Part shown: in pieces, positions 1 to 11,429 of the stretch
Numbering within the stretch: position 1 is the stretch's first letter
Layout of the letters: every line of letters begins with the position of its first letter
Assembly: GCA_002104905.1 (NCBI GenBank)
Contig: MCFE01000499.1
Span: 1 to 64,000, forward strand
Source: Basidiobolus meristosporus CBS 931.73
Taxonomy: Eukaryota > Fungi > Basidiobolomycota
DNA length: 64,000 nucleotides
Reading direction: 5' to 3'
Notes under the pieces: generated by a model
The model's input: only the letters and a program-made list of their open reading frames with translations
What the model was told of the DNA's origin: nothing
Databases searched by the model: none
Made by a program: the position numbers and the translations under genes

Positions 1-274
1 CCCCTCAAGGTACTGTAAATGCCAGCATTGTGTCGTAGACGAATTATATTCACTCGGTTGCTTGTAGGTCTACATGCCATTGCCAAGGCATTCCCTAAAG
101 TCAGAATCGTCACCTCAATGGTCGACCCAGGGCTTTCTAATGACCTTTTCATTGAGCCTGGCATGGGTAATTTTGGCGGTAAGTTGATGCAGCCTCAACT
201 CACAAAGCCTTCGCCTCTAATTTGTTTATTCCGCACCTCTCAATGTTCTAGACCGCTATTTTGGTACAGAGTAA
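1..274 (+). CDS. 3' end of a UPRTase-domain protein (uracil phosphoribosyltransferase or uridine kinase-like UCKL1 type); partial, exons ..9, 68-178, 252-274
   Basis: Splicing GT-AG introns 10-67 and 179-251 gives ...[46 protein letters not shown]. The [13 protein letters not shown] ending is the conserved C-terminus of UPRTase/UCKL1 proteins. Confidence 0.8.
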
Positions 275-348
275 TGTGGATTCTCTCGCCTTCCATCGAT
301 TTTTGTCTAGCGAGAGACCCTTGAAATCGTTGTCCATGCTTTCGTTTA

Positions 349-1618
349 TTATATCCATATCTGACAAGAGTATTCGCTCATTCGTACATAGATACACATG
401 TTATCTTCGTATTTTATGGGAATAATAAAGTAGAGTTCTTTTTCCCTTTCGAGATGGGATGTCTTCCGGAAAATATGCTGGTTCATGGAGCCGCGCGTTG
501 ACGTCGAACAGACCTTGGTGGCGATGGGGGATGGTAGGGCTTTTAAGAGTGCGTCCATAGTTAGCCTATAGTACGAGAAAGATGGGTCCAGGTTATGATG
601 TACGCGGCCAATGAAGTATCTCTGAATTTCCCTTAGACCGCTTGAATCGATATTTGCTCGTGAATGATTAAAGTTAAGCTTTAAGTTGTGAATCCCTACT
701 CCGTTCACATAGGTAGTCTAGCATTACGTAAGATGGTTCACAGAGCATATTATATTGGATTATATGGTGCGCTGTTCTTTATTGCATTCCCTTGATTTTC
801 CACAAAGAGTAATTACGCAAGACAAGCGCGTGCATTTTACGGAGGCGGTACGCTATATCAACCAGGTTAATCTCTGTTTGCCTGACTGGTTTGAAGCTAT
901 CTATCGGCTGCATCAGCTCAATGACTGGCTAGTATTCCGAAGGGATCCTAGAAGTCTGATTCGTGACTGGCTTCTTAGTAACAGGCATGTAAAACTTACA
1001 CCATCTTTCGCTCCAACGACTACTGACGAAAGGGGTAATCGAACGGGAAACCTACAGGTTCGCATCATAAATATATTGAATGGGAAGTCAGCGCTAGGTC
1101 TGACTGCAACCGGATCGTTCACTCATTTGGCACCACTGAATCATACATTCCACAATAACATCGACTTGCCAAAGATTTCCCTTGATCCACTCATTTTGTA
1201 CTAAGCCTGTTCCAACTTGATCCTTGAAAGGATCTTTTGTATGATATGCCAAATGGATGTCTGAATTGGATTTGTATCAGACAAGATTGAATCACCCACG
1301 GGTTTATAAGTAGAGAAATGCAGATTGGTTGCAATAATGATACTAATAATGGAAAGGGCGTTTTAATGATAAGTAGCCCTACAAATATATCTCAAACAAT
1401 CATTCATCCCAAGATAAGTCTCCATGTTGGAGAAAACGCTCGTGGTGCGGGTGAGCAGCCACCTCGTCGATAGAAAGAGTTGGCCACAGCATCTGTAGTG
1501 GGAGCTGGTCTATGGGCATATCTCGGATACGAGCAACAAGCCACAGGTAGCCCATTATATGGACTGCATTTCCCTCAGCATCCGTCTTTTCAATGTTGCT
1601 AAACTCGTACACGCACAT
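349..1618 (-). CDS. Putative multi-exon hypothetical protein, family not recognised
   Basis: Protein-like segments with canonical splice signals, e.g. exon 1260-1147 (IHLAYHTKDPFKDQVGTGLVQNEWIKGNLWQVDVIVE, donor GTATGA), the next exon from 1103 ending at GTAAGT, and ORFs 1400-1618 and 349-708. The full exon chain and start are not resolved. Confidence 0.4.
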
Positions 1619-1911
1619 ATCCTTATCTCCCTTGCAGGGGTAAAGTTTTACGACCCATTGTCAGCTGAGATTGAATCAGCCTATAGCCAGGATGTCTAAA
1701 AGACCACCAAATAATCCAAATTTGTTGCCAGGTATAAATACACTTGTAGGCAATAGGGCAAGGGATTTTAAGCTTGAATTTTGTGTACATTACTAGTATA
1801 TCCTTGTGAATTTCTTTAGTGATCTGTAAATACATACACCGTCCAAGCCCAACGTCGCGCATCACAGTCATACTACTTGGGAATAGGTTTGTCCATTCGA
1901 TTTACCGGTCA

Positions 1912-2172
1912 ATGCAAATGAAAGACAAGCCTGTAGTGATAGATGATGCTACATATAAGCCAACACTGCTAAAGCGTAAAGGGGAGGATGAGATCAATAA
2001 GAATAAGCCCGAGTACAAGAGAGTGCGAAAATCTCTGATGCTAAGCCTGGAAACCATGGAACGCTTCTTGGCCTCCAAGCAAAAGTATCCGGAATATCGT
2101 GATTTTTCAAATGACCGGTATTTGCTCTACTTGCTGGAGCTGGAGAATCAAGCTAGGAAGGAGCGCTCGTAG
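1912..2172 (+). CDS. Small basic hypothetical protein (86 aa)
   Basis: ATG at 1912 within ORF 1819-2172; K/E/R-rich, MQMKDKPVV...KRVRKSLMLSLETMERF...DRYLLYLLELE. No family assigned. Confidence 0.4.
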   Translation: MQMKDKPVVIDDATYKPTLLKRKGEDEINKNKPEYKRVRKSLMLSLETMERFLASKQKYPEYRDFSNDRYLLYLLELENQARKERS

Positions 2173-2892
2173 ATCGTTCGTTACAGGCCAGGCCCAGTCT
2201 GCCACTGCCTCATTGTGGGAACGTCTTCCCCCTATATTCATAACTCAGCCAAAACATTCATTCCTACGTACAGCTGAGCAAAGAAGCCCCCACCGAGGTG
2301 AACACAGACGACCGTTTCAGCCATATTCCTTTGTAACTATCCCAATAAAAGAATAAAAGCCCTCGTACTGATGAACGCAGCGTCACATCGGAAACGACTT
2401 GCTTAGAACTGCGTAAGAAATCCACCAGCGTACCTGCGGAACTCGCAAATGCTAGAGTGCACAGGCGATTGTAACTGCAATGGGGAGCCTAACTTAGAAC
2501 GAGGGTCAAATGCATCTACATCACGGCAAGTCTTATGCTTCCTTTACGTGCTGACGGCGTTCTTTAATGAAGCATTCAGTAGGCTGTAAAGCCGGATGCC
2601 TGATGCTCATCTCTACGATTGATGGGCTGGATCCACAACTAGAATCATCGAATTTATGATGTGGATTCAGAACCCTAAGAATTGGATGGGCTTCCGACAT
2701 ACGCTTCTAATTCCAGTACAGCTATATCTGACGGAGAAGCGCCATACGAATGATGATACTTGAAAAGTAAAGATGATGGTTGAATGCTTCTTTTTTTATT
2801 TCCAAAAACGAAAGGTGCTTGGAATCGACGGAAGGATGATGAAAACCCAAGTAGGCTCACCGGTCTCCTTATAGCAAAGCGAGATCCATTCA

Positions 2893-3084
2893 TTACGCCG
2901 GGTTGGCCGTTTCTTCAGAATCACCAAACGGGTAAGGAAGGGGTATTGTGTACTTGGTGCCATAGCTCCATCCCTTTGAGAATTTAAACTCTCGCTTAAT
3001 AGCAAGTGCGGAAGCGCCAGTAAGCAGTAGAATGTTGACGAACGCCAGGACTAGGGCAATGCGGGATATTTGCAGATAGGTCAT
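2893..3084 (-). CDS. Candidate small secreted peptide precursor (63 aa; further exons possible)
   Basis: Hydrophobic signal-like N-terminus (RIALVLAFVNILLLTGASA), then a dibasic KR site and a short aromatic/Gly/Pro peptide. Confidence 0.4.
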   Translation of the reverse strand: MTYLQISRIALVLAFVNILLLTGASALAIKREFKFSKGWSYGTKYTIPLPYPFGDSEETANPA

Positions 3085-3280
3085 CTCACCGTTGGAATTC
3101 TGTTTGATTCAAGTCAACGAGAGCTATCGATTTTATATCAGTTCAACTTCGGCTATCCTAGAGGTATGATGAAAAGGAGGCGAAAGGGTAGGACAGAAGT
3201 AAATAAAATTCATTGAGAACGGGACCGTATGGAATCATACATACAGTAGCACTCCCGAATATTAAATTGCTGCATCGTAT

Positions 3281-4480
3281 CTAGCACCACCTCGTCTGGC
3301 TCTGCCAACCATTGCCGGGCACCTTTCTGGCACAGTAATCATCACAGATGGATTTTACATCATGAAGTCCATATGTACTAATTTGGCGATATGAAGGGGA
3401 TCGCTGCTTCCACTTCCTAGGAGTATCTAGCACCACCACCCAATCCATTTGGATTAGCTTGATCGCAGACCTATTTGGAACCATATTTTGATGTATATTC
3501 AGAGTCATGTGAGCCGTTTGTGACACCCATTCTGATCAAAAGACAGCTGCATTCCTGGAGACAAACGCCGCCCTGTCAAGAATTAGCATGCCAAGCAACT
3601 GTTGAGGCAAGGCGGAACGGTAACGATACAGCCAGGATAAATCCAAATATGTTCCGTCAAATGTCACAACCCGCTTATCCAATAGAGGCCATGTGCTTTT
3701 CTTTATGGTTGTCTACTCCATATGACTCTTCATTGATACGACTGTAACAGTCATCGTCTAGGAGGGGTAGGTTGAGCAATATTCGAATGCTAGTCCACGA
3801 TTCCCATCTTTTCGTTACAGCAATCAATGGGGTAGTGATTGTATGAGCGTGTGAGACAACCATCAGTCGCCTCACGAGGTGGAAAACCTCGCACTACAGC
3901 CTCAGAATCCATATCCAGCATCAATACGCTTTCTGGTTCATGCAAAGCTTCTACATCTCACCAGCTGCTAGCGTCCGAATGTAGATGGGGTTTAGTCGGA
4001 TTGAACACGATGATTGGGCAATGGCTCCTTGGTAAACGTGTTGAAGTTCGCACTCTTCATGACGGATCTGGTTCTGATAACCCTGGAATGACGGGTAACC
4101 CGAGTATACTCCTTTATGCAATGCTGATATTGCTTACGCATTGAAAGAATTCCTGGTATGCATGCTACGGAACGTTCCTAGATGCGTAGTAAATAATGAC
4201 TTTGCTATTCCCCCTCCCCACTTGCTCCTTTCAAACTAGCACACCCAACAACGTCATAGCCAGCTCGGCTTTGGCCAATCCACCCGGCGTCGCAATCTGA
4301 TCAACTTCACAGCCGGGAAAGAGGCACCACCGCTTTGTACACCCTCGTAAGTGGCCCATGAAGATTACTGGCCATGCAAAAGTATCTCCACCACACCAGG
4401 CCTGGGTGAAGAAAGCAACAGGTTTGGCTGTCAGGATGTATGATGCAACCAGTGTGGGTTGATGAGCTACAAATCATGTA
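3281..4480 (-). CDS. Possible multi-exon hypothetical gene or relic
   Basis: Several short minus-strand open segments bounded by GTAAGC/GTGAGA donors and YAG acceptors (e.g. GYQNQIRHEECELQHVYQGAIAQSSCSIRLNPIY). No consistent gene model or family found. Confidence 0.22.
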
Positions 4481-5170
4481 TGGGAATGGATGTAGCGATA
4501 GTTTCAATGAAGTAAATTGATTTTGGAAAATTAATGGATGTAACCATTTACCCCAACTTCGTTCGATGGATAAGGATCAATACCCCGAGTTACATTCTCG
4601 GCTTCGTGACTTCATGGATACTTTCGTAGGAATCGAGGATCCCAATATTCAGTGGGGCCGACTGCGCAGCAATTTAAGCATGTTTTCCCTACAACAATAT
4701 CAGCTCTCAATTAAGGAGTAAAACATTATATAGAAAACAGAATACCGATTAACAAACAGATGCTGTCAACGGTTCTAATTTAAGCCAATCACTACTCCCG
4801 CCTCACCATTTTGCTAGGTGGAGGGAAGGGGATTTTTACGTGCTTGCTTTGCTAGCTCCTTTCTAACTTGGTTACCTATCTGCTATCCTATATATTGAAC
4901 TAACTTAGTTGGTGCTAACGACCTCCTCTCTGTCGCTAGTTGATTTTTGATACTTTGAGAAGGCATCCTCTCACAGTCTCTTCCAGATAATTCCAGATTG
5001 GCACTCAGTGTTGTCGTATCTAGACCTTCGCCTTCGTACCTTTGGCTTTTGGTAGTATTTCAGACATCTACACAAAGCACCGCTAATCCTGCTCTTTCAT
5101 CACAAGTTACGTTAGCCCCGGCACTTGTTAAACAATCTCCAATCTTTTGCTTAGTGAATAGTAACTATCC

Positions 5171-5949
5171 ATGCAGACTATAAAGTGTGTCGTAGTTGGT
5201 GACGGTGCTGTCGGCAAGGTATGACCTCTTTACTTTTATCATGTTGCATCTCACTTTAACTCTTCAGTTTGCTCCTTGTAGACTTGTCTTCTGATCTCGT
5301 ATACAACCAACAAATTCCCTTCTGATTATGTTCCCACTGTAAGAGACACATCTATTCATACATTGCAGTAGAGAAGCGAACATATATTTATTTATTTATG
5401 TACTTCATTAGGTATTCGACAACTATGCTGTCACAGTTATGATCGGAGATGAGCCCTATACTCTTGGTCTTTTTGATACTGCGGGCAAGTCTTCTTAAGA
5501 CCATAATTCAGCTACTCTTACTCTTATATTTACCTCCGTTTTCGCATTTAGGCCAAGAGGATTATGATCGACTTCGCCCGCTTTCATATCCACAAACAGA
5601 CGTTTTCTTGGTCTGTTTCTCCGTCACTTCACCAGCCTCCTTCGAGAATGTCCGAGAGAAGTGGTTCCCTGAAGTTCATCATCATTGCCCTGGTGTTCCT
5701 TGCTTGATAGTAGGCACCCAAGTTGATCTGAGAGATGATGCAGCAGCCGTAGAAAAGCTTGCCCGCCAAAAACAACGCCCTATCCAACTGGATCAAGGTG
5801 AGCGTCTTGCCAGAGAACTTGGAGCCGTTAAATACGTTGAATGCTCAGCATTGACGCAAAAGGGATTAAAAAATGTCTTCGATGAAGCCATCGTAGCCGC
5901 ACTAGAGCCTCCTGTAACTAAAAAGAAACCAAAGTGCCTTGTGTTGTGA
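5171..5949 (+). CDS. CDC42: Rho-family GTPase Cdc42; exons 5171-5218, 5282-5338, 5412-5484, 5552-5949
   Basis: Spliced protein [76 protein letters not shown]...KKKPKCLVL (CAAX box). Intron 3 (5485-5551) is GC-AG. Confidence 0.97.
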
Positions 5950-7889
5950 AAGGAACTTCCCCAGTTGAATGGGACACTCAATAAGAAGCATCCGATTGAA
6001 GAACACCTCGTTTAAGTTCAACCATGTCCATGTTTCACCGCGTATCCTTGCCTCTTCTCTATCAAACCTTTGCACGCCTATCAGTAGGAAGTGTACTTAT
6101 TTAGCTTCTCATCAAAGTAACGTTTAACCATGCCTGAAACCAAGCCCATTTTAAACGTGAAGTTGAGTTTTGATTGTATCTGGTTGATTAAGTGCAGCTC
6201 CCAACTATTCTATTATCAACAGAATCTTACCATATATCTTTATTTTACAACCCATTTCAAAGTGGTACCTCGATCTCCCTCTGTTACACTTGTACTTATT
6301 TCGTTATCGAGATGTCTGATCTACATGTCAATTGTATTCGCATGGGTGTCCAATGATTCTGCACTTGCACATTGAGATAGCCCGAGGGTTGAGAGCCAAT
6401 GCCCACATGAGGCTGCTATTTTTCCGAGATGATCTCAACAGCAGGTGGCAGGTACGGTGGGACCCTCCAGGTTCATTGTGATCCAGGACTGTTTAGGCAT
6501 CGAGCAACGTGATGCGCGGAAGGATAATGGGGAGGAGATATGACGAATCAAAATTCCCATGTGCTCAATTAGATTGATGAACCAATGAGTTGACTACCTA
6601 CACATTTGCAACTCCGAAAATTTTCACATCACAAATGATCCGCATGGTAATGTTCAATGAGCCGCTCGCTAACAACACTCGCCATCGCAAACAGCTAAAC
6701 TGGCTCGCATGTTCAGCGGGGCCCGCCAGCACAACGATCGGATGGTGGAGAAACGACATTCCACATCTCGGCCTGTTAATCCAAACAATGGAGGCCCAGT
6801 CTTCCGGCTACACGCTACACACAAGAAATACAAACCAACGGGTTGCCTAAGTGGCGAGGGCAAAGTCGGAGGCTTACCGAAATCATGTCGGCTGGTCGGC
6901 AGGCCCAATTTGCCACATTCAATGCCAATTTACCTGACTCCGATGGATTCTAGAAGAGATCGGTCTGAGACGAAGATTCCATTTCGGATCTTTTAGCATT
7001 TTTTTACTTTTAGGCTTCGTTCCACGCTACAAGCGTACATCATATCTCGATTTATCACCTGGAACGCTTCCCAAGGCAATGATAATACTTCTTCCAACCG
7101 ACTAGGGACCGAGTGATCTAGACCGTTGAAGACGTCTCCCGCCACCTCATACCCAGAGAGGGTCGTTAACCTAGATGTTCTTGGAAATTCTGGATAGATA
7201 GCTGCCAGACCTGAGACATTTGAGCGACATGGTCGAATGCCTTACGGAAGGACACTGTCTACCCAGCGGCTTGGATGTAGAATGCTGCTTTAATGCCAAT
7301 TGTATGGTGTGCCGACAAGCAGGCATTTTCCTTTAAATACCGCTCCTCTGCTTTCAATCGGTCTATTGGCTGCCGGTTGTTTTCATCTCATTCTCGGGAA
7401 ACGATACAGGCCTTGCTTACCATTTGATCCTTTATGATTCTGGGTAATCATTGGGCTCCTCGACTCCTTTTGGGTAATCACCTTATCTGAACTATTTTGG
7501 CCAATCTTCCTTTTATTATCCTATTGCGTTTCAGTCATTCAGTCTTCTTCAGGGAAGATATATTCGTGTTTATGCTAGGGGGAAGCCAACCGCTGATATC
7601 TTGTATTCCAAAAACAACAACTTTCCTTTCCTTCTGCCCTTTTTTCCCTCTTGAAATACCTTTCTCCCAAGTCAGTAGGGTGGTTCAAAGCCTAACCGGA
7701 CTTCTATATTGAGGTGAGTTTGCGCTTTAATTTGGCCAGGGCACTTTGCCTATTCAGTTGGCTAACTCGCTTATCCTGTCAGTGTAGTTTGAATACTCTC
7801 ATAGCATTATTCTTGATTTGAACGCGGCCCAAGCTACAAGCAGAGTATATTTTCTATCTGATACACCCACTCGAGCATCTGTGACCACC

Positions 7890-9785
7890 ATGGACGCCTA
7901 CATTCACGATCCACTCGACGATGATGATGACAGCCCCAAAGTTGTAGATAGAGATCCCACCGGAAGATTTGAAAGATACGAAGAAGCCCTTGGAATTGGT
8001 GGGTACAAGGAAGTATACAAAGGGTTCGACCAGGAAGAGGGGGTTGAGGTGGCTTGGAATCAATTACGAATCGATCACCTAGGCAAGAAAGAAAGCCAAA
8101 AGATAGTACTTGAGGTTGAAATATTGAAGACACTGCGTCACGAAAACATCATCAATTTATTTCATACCTGGACTGCCAAGGGCCGAGACGGCAGAAACAG
8201 GGTTTATTTCATTACGGAAATGATGACCTCAGGAACGTTGAAACAATACATTCGTCGAACCAAATGCCAGCTCAAGCCACGCGTCCTCAAGAGTTGGTGT
8301 CGACAGATTCTTCGTGGGCTAAACTACCTGCATACCAAAGACCCGCCAATAGTTCATCGCGATCTAAAATGTGACAACATCTTTATCAACGGTAACAATG
8401 GACAAGCGAAAATTGGCGACCTGGGACTGGCCACGTTTATGCACAAACAACACGTATCGTCGGTGCTGGGCACACCGGAATTCATGGCTCCCGAGCTCTA
8501 TGACGAGCATTATGATGAAAAGGTGGATATTTATTCCTTTGGGATGTGTGTCTTGGAGATGTTGACGTACGAGTATCCATACAGTGAATGTCAGAACCCG
8601 GCTCAGATATATCGTAAAGTAACCCGAGGCATCGGGCCAGCATCTCTTCAACGTATCACTGACCCAGACATACTTCAGTTTATTCAACTATGCATTCAGC
8701 ATGATCCTAGCCGTCGACCCTCGGCGGCACATCTATTAAATCACCCCTTCCTCATGCTGGATAGTGGGAGTAACATAGAGAGCACCGCACTACCTTCCTC
8801 AGGCTCAGCGGCTCCACTGCCGCCCGTCTCTTACACTCCACTGATGTCAGAGTCAACTGGTGGCTGGAATGCAAACACAGACCCTGCCTTGTATTCGCCA
8901 GTCAATCAACCTCGACCAGCCGAAGGATCTGCTTACTCCGGTGTAGCTACTGGCCCCCATTATCCGACAGATGAGCTACCTCCTGTTTCGAGATCCGACA
9001 GGCCTAGTTACTCGTATGAGTTACCCCTAAGGGCCAATACGGATGGCTATCAAGTATCTGAAACCTCTATGAGACTCTCATCTGCGAATCATTGCGATGT
9101 GGAAATTGTGCAAGACAACGGAAACGGAGAGCTAATATTACGGATGACTCGTGTAACACCTGGCTCAGCCCCACAGACGGTGAAGTTCCCGCTCAACCTG
9201 AAAGAGGATACCCCCGAGTCAGTAGTCATCGAGATGATCAAGGAGGAGCTCTTGAGTGAGGAATACAAAATCCTGGCCGAGAAGAACATAACCAAAGCTA
9301 TCCAAGCGACAGTCAAGGAGCATCTTGCAATCGGTTTGCCTGAAAAGCCGACGGCTAGCCAACCGTCAGCTACACAACACTCTAGCACACAGTACTATGT
9401 CCCGATTCTTCAAGAGAGCTCAGCCTCAGGAAGCGTTAGTTCATTCACCAGCTCGGAAGTGTCCCATTCCGACCATGACCCTGATATGTCTTCAAAGGTG
9501 GATCCCGGCAAAGATGCCGCCAGCTCTGTGTCTGATCTGCCCAAGCTGGATCAACTATTTGCTCCCGTGGAGCCAACAACCCCTGTCGCTAATTGTGAAC
9601 CACCAAAGAGAGTGAAGGCGAGTAGATCTTGCTCTGTCTCCAATGAATCCCCCAACAAGATACCCGCCTCCATATTTGAGCTCTTCGATCCCGTCGAGGC
9701 TCGACCCTGGATTCATCGGAAATCCATCAACCATCAGTTCGGTTCGATTGAATCAACTCTTTTACCTCAAGCCACGCTAAAATAG
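7890..9785 (+). CDS. WNK: WNK-family (with-no-lysine) Ser/Thr kinase, single exon, with a downstream CCT-like segment
   Basis: GIGGYKEVYKG (Lys in subdomain I), VEVAWNQ (no Lys in subdomain II), HRDLKCDNIFI, DLG and GTPEFMAPE are WNK hallmarks. TVKFPLNLKEDTPESVVIEM resembles the WNK CCT-like domain. Likely ATG at 7890 (ACCATGG). Confidence 0.93.
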   Translation: MDAYIHDPLDDDDDSPKVVDRDPTGRFERYEEALGIGGYKEVYKGFDQEEGVEVAWNQLRIDHLGKKESQKIVLEVEILKTLRHENIINLFHTWTAKGRDGRNRVYFITEMMTSGTLKQYIRRTKCQLKPRVLKSWCRQILRGLNYLHTKDPPIVHRDLKCDNIFINGNNGQAKIGDLGLATFMHKQHVSSVLGTPEFMAPELYDEHYDEKVDIYSFGMCVLEMLTYEYPYSECQNPAQIYRKVTRGIGPASLQRITDPDILQFIQLCIQHDPSRRPSAAHLLNHPFLMLDSGSNIESTALPSSGSAAPLPPVSYTPLMSESTGGWNANTDPALYSPVNQPRPAEGSAYSGVATGPHYPTDELPPVSRSDRPSYSYELPLRANTDGYQVSETSMRLSSANHCDVEIVQDNGNGELILRMTRVTPGSAPQTVKFPLNLKEDTPESVVIEMIKEELLSEEYKILAEKNITKAIQATVKEHLAIGLPEKPTASQPSATQHSSTQYYVPILQESSASGSVSSFTSSEVSHSDHDPDMSSKVDPGKDAASSVSDLPKLDQLFAPVEPTTPVANCEPPKRVKASRSCSVSNESPNKIPASIFELFDPVEARPWIHRKSINHQFGSIESTLLPQATLK

Positions 9786-10469
9786 CAACCTCCCCAGCGC
9801 CCAATGTTTCAACGCAGCCTGTACAGTAGTCTACTGAAACAGAGAACTAGCCGACCCTACCGAGCTTATATATATATATTTCCATATATACTTTAATTGC
9901 ACAGACAGCGATGTCCTGTCTATCAATGATTTTGTCGAGGCCCCTCGCCTTTAAAAGCATCATGTTTAATATCCCACCCCCACCCCACCCCCGGCCAGTA
10001 CCTGTAGTCACGTAATTCCCGAGTTGGAAGAATAAAGTCTCCCAAGTGCACACCACTAACCCTCTAATGGCAATCTGTCGCGGCCGCAGCGTGCTTGCTG
10101 CGTTAGCGAGGCTAGGATATTCCGTATTTAATCTAGGCTTTATCGAGGGAAGGAGCAATGCGAAAATTGAGTTATCTTACAAATAAGTGTCCGCACGTGG
10201 GACAACATTAGGGACGATGTTCTCCGGACACCGAAGTAGCTTGGAGCAACCGTGGCTACATAGGGGGAGAGTCGATCGCAGGTGACTGGTAGGCGAGTAT
10301 GTGTTTACATGTATGGTGCGGATGTCGGCAAAATGGTAGAGCGCGGGAAGTTTAGACAACATAATACAGTTTGGAGTTAGAGTCCTGTACAATACTGACA
10401 GAGGAGACCGTTGGTACTCCACCAACGGGTGTGGGTTATCTATTCTCTCGGCGTACGATGTATGAAGAT

Positions 10470-11429
10470 CTATATAGGCACCTTCACCATGTTGACCGAC
10501 TTCCCAATCAGCGACTTGTAGGACAGAGCGGCCGACTCAACAGGGTTCACTCTACAACTTGGATGCTCCGAATAAGAGGCTCTGGTGGATTCCTGGTAGG
10601 GATTTGACTTGCGGTTTGACAGAAGGGATCGAAGTCTGTCCTTGGCTGACTTGAGAATTTCGGGCTCTTTGTTTAAGGTAGAGGATGGTTGTCTGGTTAA
10701 GATGGTTTCCTTCACTTGGGAAACAAGCTTTGCCAGTTCCGAGGTTCCATCCAGGTGGGACACGTTGTGAAGTGAATGGCGACGTTTAGCCGCGTAGGTG
10801 GCCGTCTCGCGAGGTTTCGGCTCTGGTACCGAGGTCATCGAAACCAGTCTCTGCCGGGCTCGGACCGACGAAGAACTCTTCGAGATATCGTTGACCCCAT
10901 AGCTCAACAGGCGATGGGTATACTCGGCGAAATCCTTGGGAGAGATGTTCAAGTTGAAGTCAATCATGAACAGAAGTTCCACCTCCAGCTTGTTCATCTC
11001 ATGTAAGGGGAGGCCGCCGACCTGGGAGGAAAGGATTAATATCTAGCAACGGTCGCAGTCGGATACAAGCAAACCCACCTTGGCATATCGCGAGTTCGGA
11101 TAAATCACGTCGCTGAAGAATTTGTTGGCGATCGTGATGGAGGTGATCAACAGCCGATGGATTGTGTACGAGTTGACGAGGATCCCGTCGGCCGACTTTA
11201 TCGCACGCTCCAGATAGATGAGAATGGCGAGCAGAGTGTCGTTGCCAAACGGAACGAACTTTTGTATACGCCGTATGTAGGACTTGATGGATATGTCCGG
11301 GATGGAGCTCGAATGAAAGAGGGTCACCTTCGAATCCATGAACCCATCGTTTTTCTTTAGTTGCGCTTTGAGATATCTGGAAACCAGGAGAACCATCTGG
11401 TCTGCTGTAAGCTTCGCGATATCAATCAT
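10470..11429 (-). CDS. Pho80/Pcl-family cyclin (Pho85/CDK5-type partner); exons 11429-11079, 11021-10470
   Basis: FHSSSIPDISIKSYIRRI...IHRLLITSITIANKFFSDVIYPNSRYAK|VGGLPLHEMNKLEVELLFMIDFNL is the Pho80-type cyclin box; GT-AG intron 11078-11022. Confidence 0.9.

Noticed and set aside
755-1204. 149-aa plus-strand ORF
   Set aside because: It is antisense to the exon/intron pattern on the minus strand and matches no family.
7000-7300. Minus-strand KAFDHV motif suggesting a LINE RT
   Set aside because: An isolated hexapeptide with no other RT motifs and a stop soon after.
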